Positions 28,325 through 40,499 of a stretch of DNA of 64,000 nucleotides are shown here, one piece after another. Position numbers and translations under genes: made by a program. Position 1 is the stretch's first letter. Every line of letters begins with the position of its first letter. Where the stretch lies: assembly GCF_009914755.1 (NCBI RefSeq), contig NC_060930.1, one strand, 5' to 3'. Under the pieces are notes generated by a model. That model searched no databases, had not been told where the DNA came from, and worked only from the letters and a program-made list of their open reading frames with translations. This DNA is from the human T2T-CHM13v2.0 reference genome, Homo sapiens.

Positions 28325-29808
28325 GTTGCAAAAGACACCAATAAATGCAAAGACAACTTGTGTTCACGGACTGGAAGACTTACTATTGTTAGGGTAAAGA
28401 TCATTACACAAAGTGATCTACAGATTCAGTGCAATCCCTATCAAAATCCCAATGATGTTTTTGCAGAAATAGAAATCCATCTTGAAATTTACATGGAATC
28501 TCAAGGGACTCTGAATAGCCAGAAGAATTTTGAAAACAACAACAACAAACAATAGCAAAGTTGGAGAGCTCACATTTCCTGATTTGAAAACTACAAAGAT
28601 ACAGTAATCACAACAGTGTGGAACCAGCATAAAGACAGACGCGGATACGAAGGATGGAACAGAAAACCCAGATGTAAACCCTAATATACCCGGCCAATTG
28701 ATTTTCAACAAGGGTACCAAGACCACACTACGGGGAAAGAACAGTCTCTTCAACGAATGGTACTGGAAAACTGGATATCCACATGCGAAAGAACACAGCT
28801 GGACCCTTACCTTACATCGTACATAAAAGTCACCTCAAATAGATTGAAGACCTATACATAAGACTTAAATCTATAAAACTCTGAGAAGAAAACAGGAGAA
28901 CAGCTTCATGACATTGGGTTTGGCAATGATTTCTTAGATATGACACCAAAAGCATGGGCAACACGAGTAAAAGCAGACAAAGTGGACTCCTACAACTTAA
29001 CAACAACAACAACAAAAGAAAGAACAAGCAAATAAGAGAGTGCCCAACATCGCTACTCATTAGGGAAATGCAAGTCAAAACCACCATGAGATACCATCTC
29101 ATACCCATTAGGAGGTTTACTATCAAAAAACCCAGAAAATAATAAGTATTGGGGAAGAATATGTAGAAACTGGAATCCTTGTGCTCTGATGATTGGAATG
29201 TAAAACTCTGCAGTCGTAATGGAAAACGAGTATGGTAGTTCCTCAAAAAATTAAATATAGAATTACCATATGATCTGGCATTTCCACTTCTGGGCTAGTA
29301 ACCAGAAGAACTGAAAGCTGAGTCTCAAATAGACACTTGTCCACTCATATTTACAGCAGCATTATTCAAAACAGCCAGAATGTGGAGGGAACCTAAGTGT
29401 CCGTTGACAGATTAATGAATCGACAGACTGTGGTAATATTTGCTATGGAATATTATTCCTCCTTAAGGAGGAAGACAATTTTGACACCTGCTACAACATG
29501 GATAAATCATGCATCGACTATGCTGTAAGTGAAATAAGCCCATTATGAAAAGACAAATACTCCATGGTTCCACTTACGTGAAGTTCCTAGAGTAGTCAAA
29601 TTCATAAAGATGGAAAAAATGGTGGTTGCCAGAGCTTGGGGTGGAGAAAATGGGGTAGAGTTTTAGTTTTAGAGGAAAAAAGAGTCCTGGAGATGGGTGG
29701 TGGTGATGGCTGCACAACACTGTGAATGTACTTAATGCCACGGAACTGCACACTTGAAAATGGTTAAGATGTAAGTTTTATGTGTACTTTACCATTATTT
29801 AAAAAATA
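28325..29808 (+). mobile_element. 5'-truncated old L1 (L1MB-type): degraded ORF2 C-terminus plus 3' UTR
   Basis: Homology to ORF2 ('tacagattcagtgcaatccctatcaaaatcccaatg'; ORF fragment [18 protein letters not shown]) and an L1MB 3' end 'cttgaaaatggttaagatg'; internal deletion near 29030. Confidence 0.9.
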
Positions 29809-29816
29809 TCCCACTG

Positions 29817-30146
<330 letters not shown>

Positions 30147-30508
30147 TCACTATACTGAATCACTAACTCTCATTTTTCTTTTCAAAAAGGAGATTAAAAG
30201 TATATTTTCAAAAAAGACAAAAAGTGTCACACTAGAGCTACTTCCTTGGGGGTATCTGAGCCTTAATTGTTGTATCATTAGTGCCTAGCACAGTGCTGGT
30301 TACATCACGGGAACTGGGTAAACGAAATTTTAAAAATAATGTGCAGGGATGAATACGTGGGTTCTGATTATTCTTTTCTTAAATTTCTAAGGCTACTCAC
30401 TAAGCTATTTCATATTGCACTGACATGTATATATTCTTTTTTCAATTGACACATTTTCCTATTTATGTAAAATATTTACATTAGTTTTTTTCCTTACGTT
30501 TGAAAGCC

Positions 30509-30510
<2 letters not shown>

Positions 30511-30548
<38 letters not shown>
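30511..30548 (+). repeat. (AC)19 microsatellite
   Basis: Read directly from the sequence. Confidence 0.95.
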
Positions 30549-30551
<3 letters not shown>

Positions 30552-30552
<1 letters not shown>

Positions 30553-30833
30553 TTTTTTTTTTGAGACGGAGTCTCGCTCTGTTGCCCAGCTGGAGTGCAG
30601 TGGCTCTCTGCAGCCTCCGCCTCCCAGGTTCAAACAATTCTCCCGCCTCAGCCTCCTGAGTAGCTGGGATTACAGGCGCCAGCCACCACGCCTTGCTAAT
30701 CTTTTGTACTTTCAGTAGAGACAGGGTTTCACCATGTTGGCCAGGTTGGTCTCAAACTTCTGATCTCAGGTGATCTGCCCACCTCAGCCTCCCAAAGTGC
30801 TGGGATTACAGGTGTGAGCCACCGCGCCTGGCT
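30552..30833 (-). mobile_element. AluSx-like
   Basis: Antisense dimer; ~11-bp deletion at 'gcagtggctctctg'. Confidence 0.95.
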
Positions 30834-31004
30834 GTCTTTAACATATTTTTATACAAAACCGGAGACAAGAGCATGATGAGCCTGCGGATACATTCCCAGA
30901 TTCAACAACTCATGATTTCTAATTTGGCCACAGTGTATATGTGTTAATGATAATGTCCTCAGAGTCAGAATCACATTGTGATGTCACGCACACCCCACAG
31001 CCAG

Positions 31005-31122
31005 GTCATACATGTGGAGGCTGAGGCACATAGAGGTGAGCAACTGGACCCAGGTCACACAGAGAGTGCGTGGTGGAGCTGATGCTGGAACCCAGAACAC
31101 CTGTCTCCATGGCCCTGGCTCT
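31005..31122 (-). mobile_element. MIR fragment
   Basis: 'gaggctgaggcacatagaggtgagcaactggacccaggtcacacag...ggaacccag'. Confidence 0.7.
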
Positions 31123-31510
31123 AGGACATCTGCCAAATGTATTAGCCTGAATTTTATTTATACAAGTTGATCTTAACTAATAAGATTAATTTTCCAAAAC
31201 TTAGCCCATTTTTCAGATAAGGTTAATGGAACTTTCTAAAACAGAAAATAAATGCCTTATGAGTCAGTGGTCTCCTGGCCCTGGTGTTTGAGCCTTTGAA
31301 ATGTCACTACTGTCTCCAAGAGCTCCAAAAATGGTTTTTGCCCTCTTTCTTTTTCACGCTGTTCACCAGACAGATTTGCCATCACAAATTCAGGCTCAAA
31401 GGAGACAACATCTGTGAAGAGTTCCATAAATGGTGAATCAGTATACATGGTCATGTAGGATTGATATGATTGTTGGAAAACACAAAAAAACACAAATTCA
31501 CATTTTCTGG

Positions 31511-32031
<521 letters not shown>

Positions 32032-34087
32032 TCACCCAAGGCCACTCTGCCCTGTCCACTTGCAGAGGGGCTCCTTGGTGTGGGGACAGCAAGAGGGTTT
32101 CTTTTGCCACAGGATGACCATTGGCTCCTTGGGAGCCTTGGTCCTCTTGACTGATTCATGGATGGCTGACCACGAATCCTCTTAAAGAGATCTTTGATGC
32201 CACTAGACTCCTGACAAGCATGAAGTCCCTGACGATGTGTCATGGGCCTGCTGGAATCTCTGTTTCAAGGACATTCTTCCCCAGACAGAGTGGAGAGTGA
32301 GGACTGAAGGGAGAAAGAGACAGCGCAGGTGCACGGTGGACAGCACCCATCGACCTCTGTGCTGGAAGTGGTGCTTATGCACTTAGGCAGGTGCTGAAAT
32401 GAGAGAGGCTGTGCCTGAAGACAGCAGGTCAAGTCTCAGTATGACAGCAACATGGCAGATTATAAAAACCAGATGAGCCAGCAGATAGCCGCTGTATGGT
32501 AACTCGTGCCACAATAAAAATGTCAGTTTTCTGTATTATTTTACAGCATTGACTAGCCTAGGAATGCTTTCAAGCAGGACACTGATACCCTCCATTGTTA
32601 AAGACAGACATAGGCATTTATTAACTGGTGTTCACACGGCTCTTTCACTGGCTGAGTTTGTGAGGCGAGACCAGATTTCCTGTCCTAAGTATTCCTGTGG
32701 GAGCAGCAACCATGTGGGCGCCTCAAAACGTTTCCATCAGAAATGACAGTCGGGGGCAGGTGCCCCGCACTCACCAATTTCTATCCCACTTACTTTCTCT
32801 CTCCCTGGAGAGTTGGGCAAAATTCTCTGTCATTTCTTTTATTCTTTACTCCTAAAAGATCCTTGTAACAAAGAACTCAAGCAAAAAAAAAAAAAAAAAA
32901 AAAGAAAATCCCATAATTAGACTAAGTGGCATCCCATCCCCCTCCCCTTTTTAAAGTGAAGTGAGCTCTGCGCATGGCAGCAAACTGGCTGCCTCTACAG
33001 GCCTGCCTTGCGTAGCGCCGGGGTCTGGAGTTTCTGGAGCATTCTCTTGGAACTGCTCAGAGGCAGGGAGTGCCGGGGGTGTGTGTTTGCAAATAGATAC
33101 CTGAATGATTATCTAGAAAACGTGCCTCTGAATTCCAAGTGAAAAGACATAATTTTGAGGGTTATTTGCCTTCAATTTGGGTGGTCCATCGTGAGCTGCC
33201 TTTATACATGCCACTGTCCTTCCTACTGAAGGTGTCCACAGCACGATCTCTTCACCGGGATTGGGATGAAAACACCAGTCATCACCCAGCAGATGTTGCT
33301 TCTCTACTGAGGATCCTTCAACTTGTTCACTGTTTCAAAGCTGAAGCTGCAATTTGCGAAGTCGCATTTTCCCGAAGGCTTTCCCACCTGGGCCTTGCTG
33401 AGGAACATAAGAGTATCATCCCACCGACTGCTGGCATTCGGCCCTGCGCCCACACAGCCCAGCGCTCTGCCTACCTGTGTCCAGGTGAGAGTGCATCACA
33501 GGCATCCTCCTGGACAGGCAGAGGGAAGCTCTCCATCATTATGGAATGCTTCCTCTACTGTATGACACACTCAGTTGAATGAAAAGAAACATCAGTCTTT
33601 CTGAATGGGTAATGATATTGTTTTCTTAAAGAATACTTTCACAGAAAAATAAAAAAATACTTCTAGAGTAAGATTTAAAAAATCAACATATACATTTGGA
33701 ATTATTTGTCTCAAATCACAGACTCTAGAATATTTAAGTTGCTTGAGACTATTTAGCTCGGCTTTCTGCTCACAGACAGGAACTGAGGCACACGCTTGGG
33801 AAGGCCAACATTCTGACTATTGTCACCTTGCCGGCATGGCACTGTTGCCCCAGCCAAGCTCGCAGTTACAAACATCCAGGGAGCAATGAGAGTTTGCTTA
33901 GAGAAAAGAGACGTCCTGGAATACCTGAACGGCTCTCACAAGGCTGTGAGGGGCTGGAACTACTTGGGGTAGATATATGTAGAAGTCACGTGAGGCAGGT
34001 TTGAGTTTAATAGGAAAAAAACCCCAAAACAACTTTCTGATGGCCTTCTGAGAGTGGAAAAGGCAGCCTTGTGGGCCAGTGGCAAAC

Positions 34088-34179
34088 TCCTCATGAACCA
34101 TGGGCCTCTGTGGGGCGTATGCAGTTCCTGCTATTCCTCATGAACCATGGGCCTCTGTGGGGTGTATGCAGTTCCTGCT
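34088..34179. repeat. Tandem duplication, 47-bp period, 2 copies
   Basis: tcctcatgaaccatgggcctctgtggggYgtatgcagttcctgct at 34088 and 34135; one CpG-type mismatch. Confidence 0.95.
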
Positions 34180-34239
34180 CTGTGGAGGGAGGCTGGGCAG
34201 GGGACACTGGATGCTGTGGGCTCTTCGGTGGCAGGGCCT

Positions 34240-34385
34240 TTTTTTTTTTTTTAAACATCACTGTTGCATGTTTTACATATCATAAAATTCACTCGTTTCA
34301 ACTGCACGATTCAGTGGCCTTTAGTAACTTTACCACGTTGTGCAAGCTTCATGATACATCAGTGTCAGAACCTTTCATCCCAATG
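34240..34385 (-). mobile_element. Old L1 (L1MB/ME) extreme 3' end
   Basis: Poly-T followed by 'acatatcataaaattcactcgtttcaactgcacgattcagtggcctttagt'. Confidence 0.7.
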
Positions 34386-36384
34386 AGGTCCCATGGGGAC
34401 AGAGTTTCAACTAAAGCAGGTCTCTTGGGACTATGGCTGTCTCGGGAGGGGCCTGTCTCACATGCATTCCATCCCAGTCCTCCCAGTTACAGCCTGGGTA
34501 CCTTGCTTTGGGTGTGATAGGGTGTTGTACCAATAAGCAATATCCATACTGTCTACCCAGATAGGTTCAGGCAAGGAAGGGGCTGGGTGGACAGGAAAAG
34601 GTTGGCAGCTGGGTGATAGCACCCAGTGGACCAAGGGCAGATGCCACTGAGGGGGCAACAGGATAGGGTAGCTGCTTCTCTCACTGCCCCCCTGCCCCAT
34701 ACTCCCATATAGTGAATCTGTTTCGGGCAGAGGACACTTTTCACCCTGACCATGTATCATAATAAACTTCAATGGTTCTCTCAGCAACACTGAATTACTT
34801 GAGAAAGACTTTGTTATTCAGGAAACTGAGTAACTGAAGCTCAGAAACTTCTAGTAAAAAGATGATCATAATTGTTACATAATATCCATTAAAAAAAAAA
34901 GAAAGAGTAACAGCCATTTTAAACCCAATTAGTTTCCCTGACATGTTAATATATGTTAACCAGAAAAAGGAAGTCCTTTTTAAACCTGGGCTCCCTGTGG
35001 TGCACCCCAAAAGGAAGTCTCGGTGGCCTAGACTCCAACGTCCAGTGAGAGACACCCTGCATGCGTCACGTGGCTCCCCAGCCGCGGACCTGCTTGTGTT
35101 CTTACAGGAGGTGCCTAAGTGGCACCTTGAAGAAGATGATATGCTTGCTGTGTTATGTACACCCGCATCCTTCCTTGCTAAAGCATTCCTGGAAAGCCCC
35201 TGCTGACCATATCTGGGGGTAATCATCATGGGATGGGCCAGGCAAAGCCACCAAACCATGTGCCAATTACATTTCAAGCAAGGGGTCCTATTGGCACCAG
35301 CATCATTTTTTTAAGGCAAAGTCTAGGATTTCAGCTGTAGGAATTTAAAAACATCCAGAGTTAATTTTTCACACAAATCTTGAAGAGTGGGGGCTTTTAG
35401 TGTCTTTAGGTTGACAGCATCCAAAATCCAAAAGAAACAAAAACAACACAATGTGCCCAGAAAACTAAGAACGCCATTTTGGCTTTCTGAAACTTTGACA
35501 ATACTGCAGACACGGGATGAGTTTCTGCGGAGAGGCCGGGGAGGAGAACGGATGTAGGGGGTCACATGTGGCTCATCCAGTAGGAGAAAATGAAAACATG
35601 TGTCAATGAGGAAAAGGCACAGGAATCACACCTCCGGTTCAAGTAGTCAGGCAGTGTGATGAAAGCTGCGAGACGCGGGGATGCAGATCAACTGAATAAG
35701 AGGCATATCTCAAACAAGATGTGGGAGTGGATTCTCTCTGTTCTGATTATTAGTATCTAGTATCTGAATTCAACCTACTGATTTAGTTTGTGAAGTACAG
35801 GCAATACGAGATGACAGGAGATGTTGGCGGCAAAGAATATTCTCATGCGGACCTGGAGTCTTTGAGAGCTGCCTAGAAGACAACCATGGTAGTAATTCCT
35901 TCTTTCCAGCATAGTTCCACAGGTTTGTAAATGAATCACAGCTGATCACAACAGATGGCCTCCATTTCCTCCCATCATGACCTTGAGATATGGCCCAAGC
36001 AGATCACAAGTCCCAGCAAGCAGTTTTCAATCCATATCTGAGCAGCGCCACATAAAAGATGTGGCTTGGGTGACTGGTACCTTGGCATCTAAGGATCAGA
36101 GTTCCCACGTGATTACAACGAACACCATTTGCAGCAAATACCATGGGGCAGTCCTCTCGGCTTCTGGAAAACTGCTACGGAGCGCTGTAACTGGCCTGAA
36201 GTCTGCGTACAGGCCTCACTGATACCTTTTTCAATTATCCATTTGGGATAAATCCTCATGGGTCGTGCCATAGATCCCTGAGTGGATTGCACAGCAGATG
36301 CTATTAGATCCTAGTTGTAATCAGTGAGTGATGGTCCAGGAACCTGGGAAGGTTCTAATAACACGCAAGGACTATCATCAGAAT

Positions 36385-36580
36385 ACCTCAACATTTAAGC
36401 AGCTTTGCATCTTCAAAGCTCACTACAAACATTAATTAATTAATATAGACGACACCCCTGTGATGTCGTTAAGTATGATTACCTCCATTTGACATATAAG
36501 GAAACAGGTTAAGCGGCTTGCTTGAGGCCACACAAGCCCGAGTGGGTCTGGGAATGTAGTTTGGAAGCACCTGATCCAGC
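36385..36580 (-). mobile_element. MIR fragment
   Basis: 'attacctccatttgacatataaggaaacaggttaagcggcttgcttgaggccacacaag'. Confidence 0.65.
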
Positions 36581-37149
36581 ACACACGGAGGCGTGCTAGT
36601 GGCAGGTCAAGAAGCTCACCCACTCCCCAGCCCTCGCCATCCCCAGCAAGTGGGACTGTGGCTGCAGGAGATCTGCTGACAGGCTGTCCGAGGACCCTGC
36701 CCGGATCTTCCTCAACCACGTTCCAACCCAAAAGAGTTAGTAAGAGTCTGACAGAGAGCGAGTGAGCAAGAGCAAGCTCTAGCAAATCCACTGCTGGGTC
36801 CAGCTGCAGTGATGGGGGGTGCAGCCCTTGCTTCAGCATTCCCTGCTGCTGAGGCGGACTAGGCAGTGGACAGTCGGATGTCATTGTTAAGGGGCGGGTG
36901 GGTGCCTGAGGGGGCAGAAAATGGAGGAAGCATGGAGGAGGCTATCATCTGAGGGTCATCAAAAACCCATGACAGACAGCTACACTGGGGAGATGGAGGA
37001 AGGACCTGAGAACTAGATGAAATCCTACAGCAGGAGCACCGGGAGTCACAAATGGCGACTCGCCCTGGCTCCGAAGCTGCTGGTGGAGAGAGAGGAACTG
37101 CGTGGCTGGAAGGCATTGTGCGGGACTGGGAAAGGAAGGAAGGGAGCCA

Positions 37150-37320
37150 GCACTTCTCGGTGCCTTCTGTGTTCCAGACCTTTACAGCATTCACTTATTT
37201 AATCCTCAGATCAGCTCCCCCAGGTGAACATTACTTCATCTTATTCTTATCTTAGCACTGGGAAACTGAGGTGGCAATGGTGAGTTTTCAGGCAGGATCA
37301 GAATCGAGTCCATGTGTGGA
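37150..37320 (-). mobile_element. MIR fragment
   Basis: 'cttatttaatcctcag...gggaaactgagg'. Confidence 0.6.
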
Positions 37321-38589
37321 TGATGACAGTGATCCCACACCACCACAGACAGGTAAGGACTCTGGACGTTGGAAACAGTGACATGGCAGGAGGGCCTCTG
37401 GGAAGAGCTGCAGAAGGTGCAGACTTGGGAACAGCTGGAGAAATGATAGCAGCACCGTGTGTGCTGGGGGCTCCACTTTGAATTCTGGAACCTGTGGCAT
37501 GGGTGACCAGTACCTTGGAATCCAAGGATTAGAGTTCCCACACAAAGAAGTACAGTTGATCTGAGGACAGTCTCAGAGAGGTGGGGAGGGCCCAGAGGTG
37601 GGAGTGGGAGGTCCAGGCCTGTCTGTACCACTGGAACATCCAAGGAGAAGCAGGCAAGTGGACTCTGTATATGACATCAGCTGCTTTATGTTGATGTATA
37701 TAAACTGTCCTGAGAGCCAAGGGAAATGCCTTAAATTCTCAACAAAGATGAGCTGAAAAAAATCATTCCAACATTTTCCCAATTATTTGACAGAAACACA
37801 AATTTAGGGCTTACTGCTGCATAACATTTTGTGTTCTCTCCTGCCAAGATGCTGAGGGCAGTCAGCTGGGAGGAATGCTACTTTGGGGATGAATTAAAGT
37901 TTGTTGAATAAAGAATGAGCACAGATTCAGAAGCAAAACTTCCATAGTGCATGAATCCTCCCAACGAGACTGTCAGAATAAGGATATAGGTTTGCATTTA
38001 TTTATTTTACTAAAAGCTTCCTACTTCCCTCCTTTCTGGATATCGTAAGGGGTTTGACCTTTCTGTTTCAAATATGACATTTCTTTCTCTGATTTCCTTT
38101 AGCCAGATGTCAAACCTAAAATAGAATTTCTTAGAACTTACTGCTCAAATATGATACTTAGGAGCAGACTGTAGCTTTTCATAGTGTCTTATGGCTTTTC
38201 TAGAACATGCACTGATAAGGAAAGGGAGATAAATTCAACTTGGGGTGTCTCTGCACCCTTCGTTAGGGATGCTGGGAAGTGATGGCAACGCACAGAAGCA
38301 CCGTGCAGGTCGTTGGCTCAGAAAAGGCAGCCACTGTTTTCATTTAGGAGCCCAGCTCAGTCTGAACTGTGGGACCTCCTTCACCAAAGCACCCCCATAT
38401 TGCTTCTTGTTCTCACCTACTTAACTGAAACGTCCCAAAGTTCCCTAGAAGAGATTTTAGCTATCATCTCTCCTAGAAGAGCAGGAAACCAAGCTCCCTT
38501 TTCCTTGCTTTTATCCTTGCCCCTGCGGAATTTTTCCAAAGGTACCAGTGATGTTTTTGTGAATGCAAGTACACGGCGGCCCTCCTCCT

Positions 38590-39055
38590 CACAGCCTGGA
38601 ACCCCAAACCCTACCACTGGCCTGCACCGCCTTATGTGACTGCTTGTGGCTACTGCCCTCACCATTTCTCTGTGCCAGGAATACTGGCCCCACTGCTGTT
38701 CCTTCAACTGGCAAAGCATACACCTGCCACAGGGCCTTTGCACAGGAGTCCCCCGGTGACTGGTGAAGATCCGTGTGCCCTGCTCCTTCATTTCCTTCAT
38801 GGCTCTGCTGAAATGTCTCATCAGAGAGGCCTTCCTTGATCACCTTTACCCTGCTTTATTTTTCTTCATGGCACAGATCTCCTCCTGACATGTTATTAAC
38901 ATGTTTGTGGTCTGTGCCCTCCTGTATGAATGGGAGCATGTAATTTATTTGTTGTAATTTGTTGGAATAAGTCACCTACTGGCTTAGCACCCTCAGGACC
39001 CAGAGCAGTGCCTGGCACACGGTAGGCACCCAGTAAGAATTTGTTGGATAAGTGC
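38590..39055 (+). mobile_element. L2a 3' end
   Basis: 'cagggcctttgcac', 'tcagagaggccttccttgatcacc' and 'cagtgcctggcacacggtaggcacccagtaagaatttgttggata'. Confidence 0.85.
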
Positions 39056-40124
39056 TTACATTTATTTCAACAAATAAATCACATGCATGCCCCGTTATAG
39101 TTCTTTACAATAATTAGGCTAAAAGTTGCTTATAAAAAGAAAAAGAAGTAACCTAGTCAAATTTTACTTTGGTGTTTCTTAAATGTTACCCATTCTTACT
39201 GCAAAAATCAACTCTTGGAATCTTTATCATTTCTCTGTAAGGCCGAGAATCTGCCCTTTGCTACTTGAATCTTGTGTCAGCCTTCAGTCAAAACTAATGA
39301 AAGTCTGGGCCAATGAGCTGGCCCCAGATTTCTGGATCATCCAAGCATCTCCTTCACTCTCTGGACCCTCTCACCTGCCCACCCCCTGGAACCACACTGT
39401 CCTCTGTCACCAACAGTGAGGTGGGGGAGTGTTCTTACAACTTCATCGTTCACTCACATGGGAGACCGCGAGTATTCTCTTCAGAGGAGAGGAATTGTTT
39501 CTCCTTAGAGAGGCCTGAGATGAATGAGTGTCCTGTTCTCCCTAGAGTCCCCGATTCATGGTGTCTGGCCACTCCTACAGGCACAGCACGGACAATCACA
39601 TAACGAAGCTGAAAGCAATGTGCTTTTGAGTATAAGCCATACTGGTTAGAGGTGATTTACTGTGTCACTCTGTCACATTGACATGTTTGAGACTCATGTA
39701 AACTATTCCCTGATCAGCCACAGTTCTGGCCTAACAGGGGGCAATGCTAATGTTTAATAATGTAAGCATAATATTTAATTTGGAAAGTACTAGTGATTAT
39801 ATAGTAGTAAAGAGGCTTCACATGTGGGTAGAGATTTTTTAAAAATCTCATTGATACCAAGGTATAGTGCAGTAGAAACATTTTGAAACTAAAGTTAGAA
39901 GCGTCCTAACTGTAGAATGAACATATTCACGTCACTATTGTTCACCAGGATCGCTCTCACACACCACACGTGCTATGTGAATACAGATAGACTTCTGCAT
40001 ACTCAGCTGGCTTTGCACATCTCTACCACAGAGTACGTGTATCTCTTGGACAGAGTATGACTGGTAGAAGTGGCAGTTGGCAGTTTATCTTTGATCACTA
40101 TATTCAGAGGTGGCTTATACTTTT

Positions 40125-40279
40125 TAATTTTTTTTATTATTATACTTTAAGTTCTAGGGTACATGTGCACAATGTGCAGGTTAGTTACATATGTATACAT
40201 GTGCCATGTTGGTGTGCTGCACCCATTAACTCGTCATTTAACATTAGGTATATCTCCTAATGCTATCTCTCCCCCCTCC
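40125..40279 (-). mobile_element. 155-bp 5'-truncated L1PA (PA3-like) with 14-bp TSD
   Basis: Matches the L1PA 3' end ('ttattatactttaagttctagggtacatgtgcac'); TSD tggcttatactttt at 40111-40124 and 40280-40293; endonuclease site TTTT/AA. Confidence 0.95.
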
Positions 40280-40301
40280 TGGCTTATACTTTTAAGGGCA
40301 C

Positions 40302-40499
40302 AAAATATATAACCATGATTGCTTGAAAGGGATTTGTTTCAATTCCTTGTTTGAAGGAGGTAATGGGCCAGCCTAAGAATCAAAAGTGACAATGAAATAT
40401 AAAATGTATAACCATGATTGCTTTAAAGAGATTTGTTTCAGTTCCTTGTTTGAGGGAGGTAATGGGCCAGCCTAAGAATCGAAAGTGACAATGAAATAT
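40302..40499. repeat. Tandem duplication, 99 bp x2
   Basis: 40302-40400 versus 40401-40499; 6 substitutions, no indels. Confidence 0.95.

Noticed and set aside
32883-32903. Orphan A21 run as a poly-A-only retrotransposition
   Set aside because: No convincing TSD on the flanks; indistinguishable from a slippage-expanded mononucleotide run.
34430-34790. Possible solo LTR (AATAAA near 34761)
   Set aside because: Could not identify TG...CA termini, a TSD or a family.
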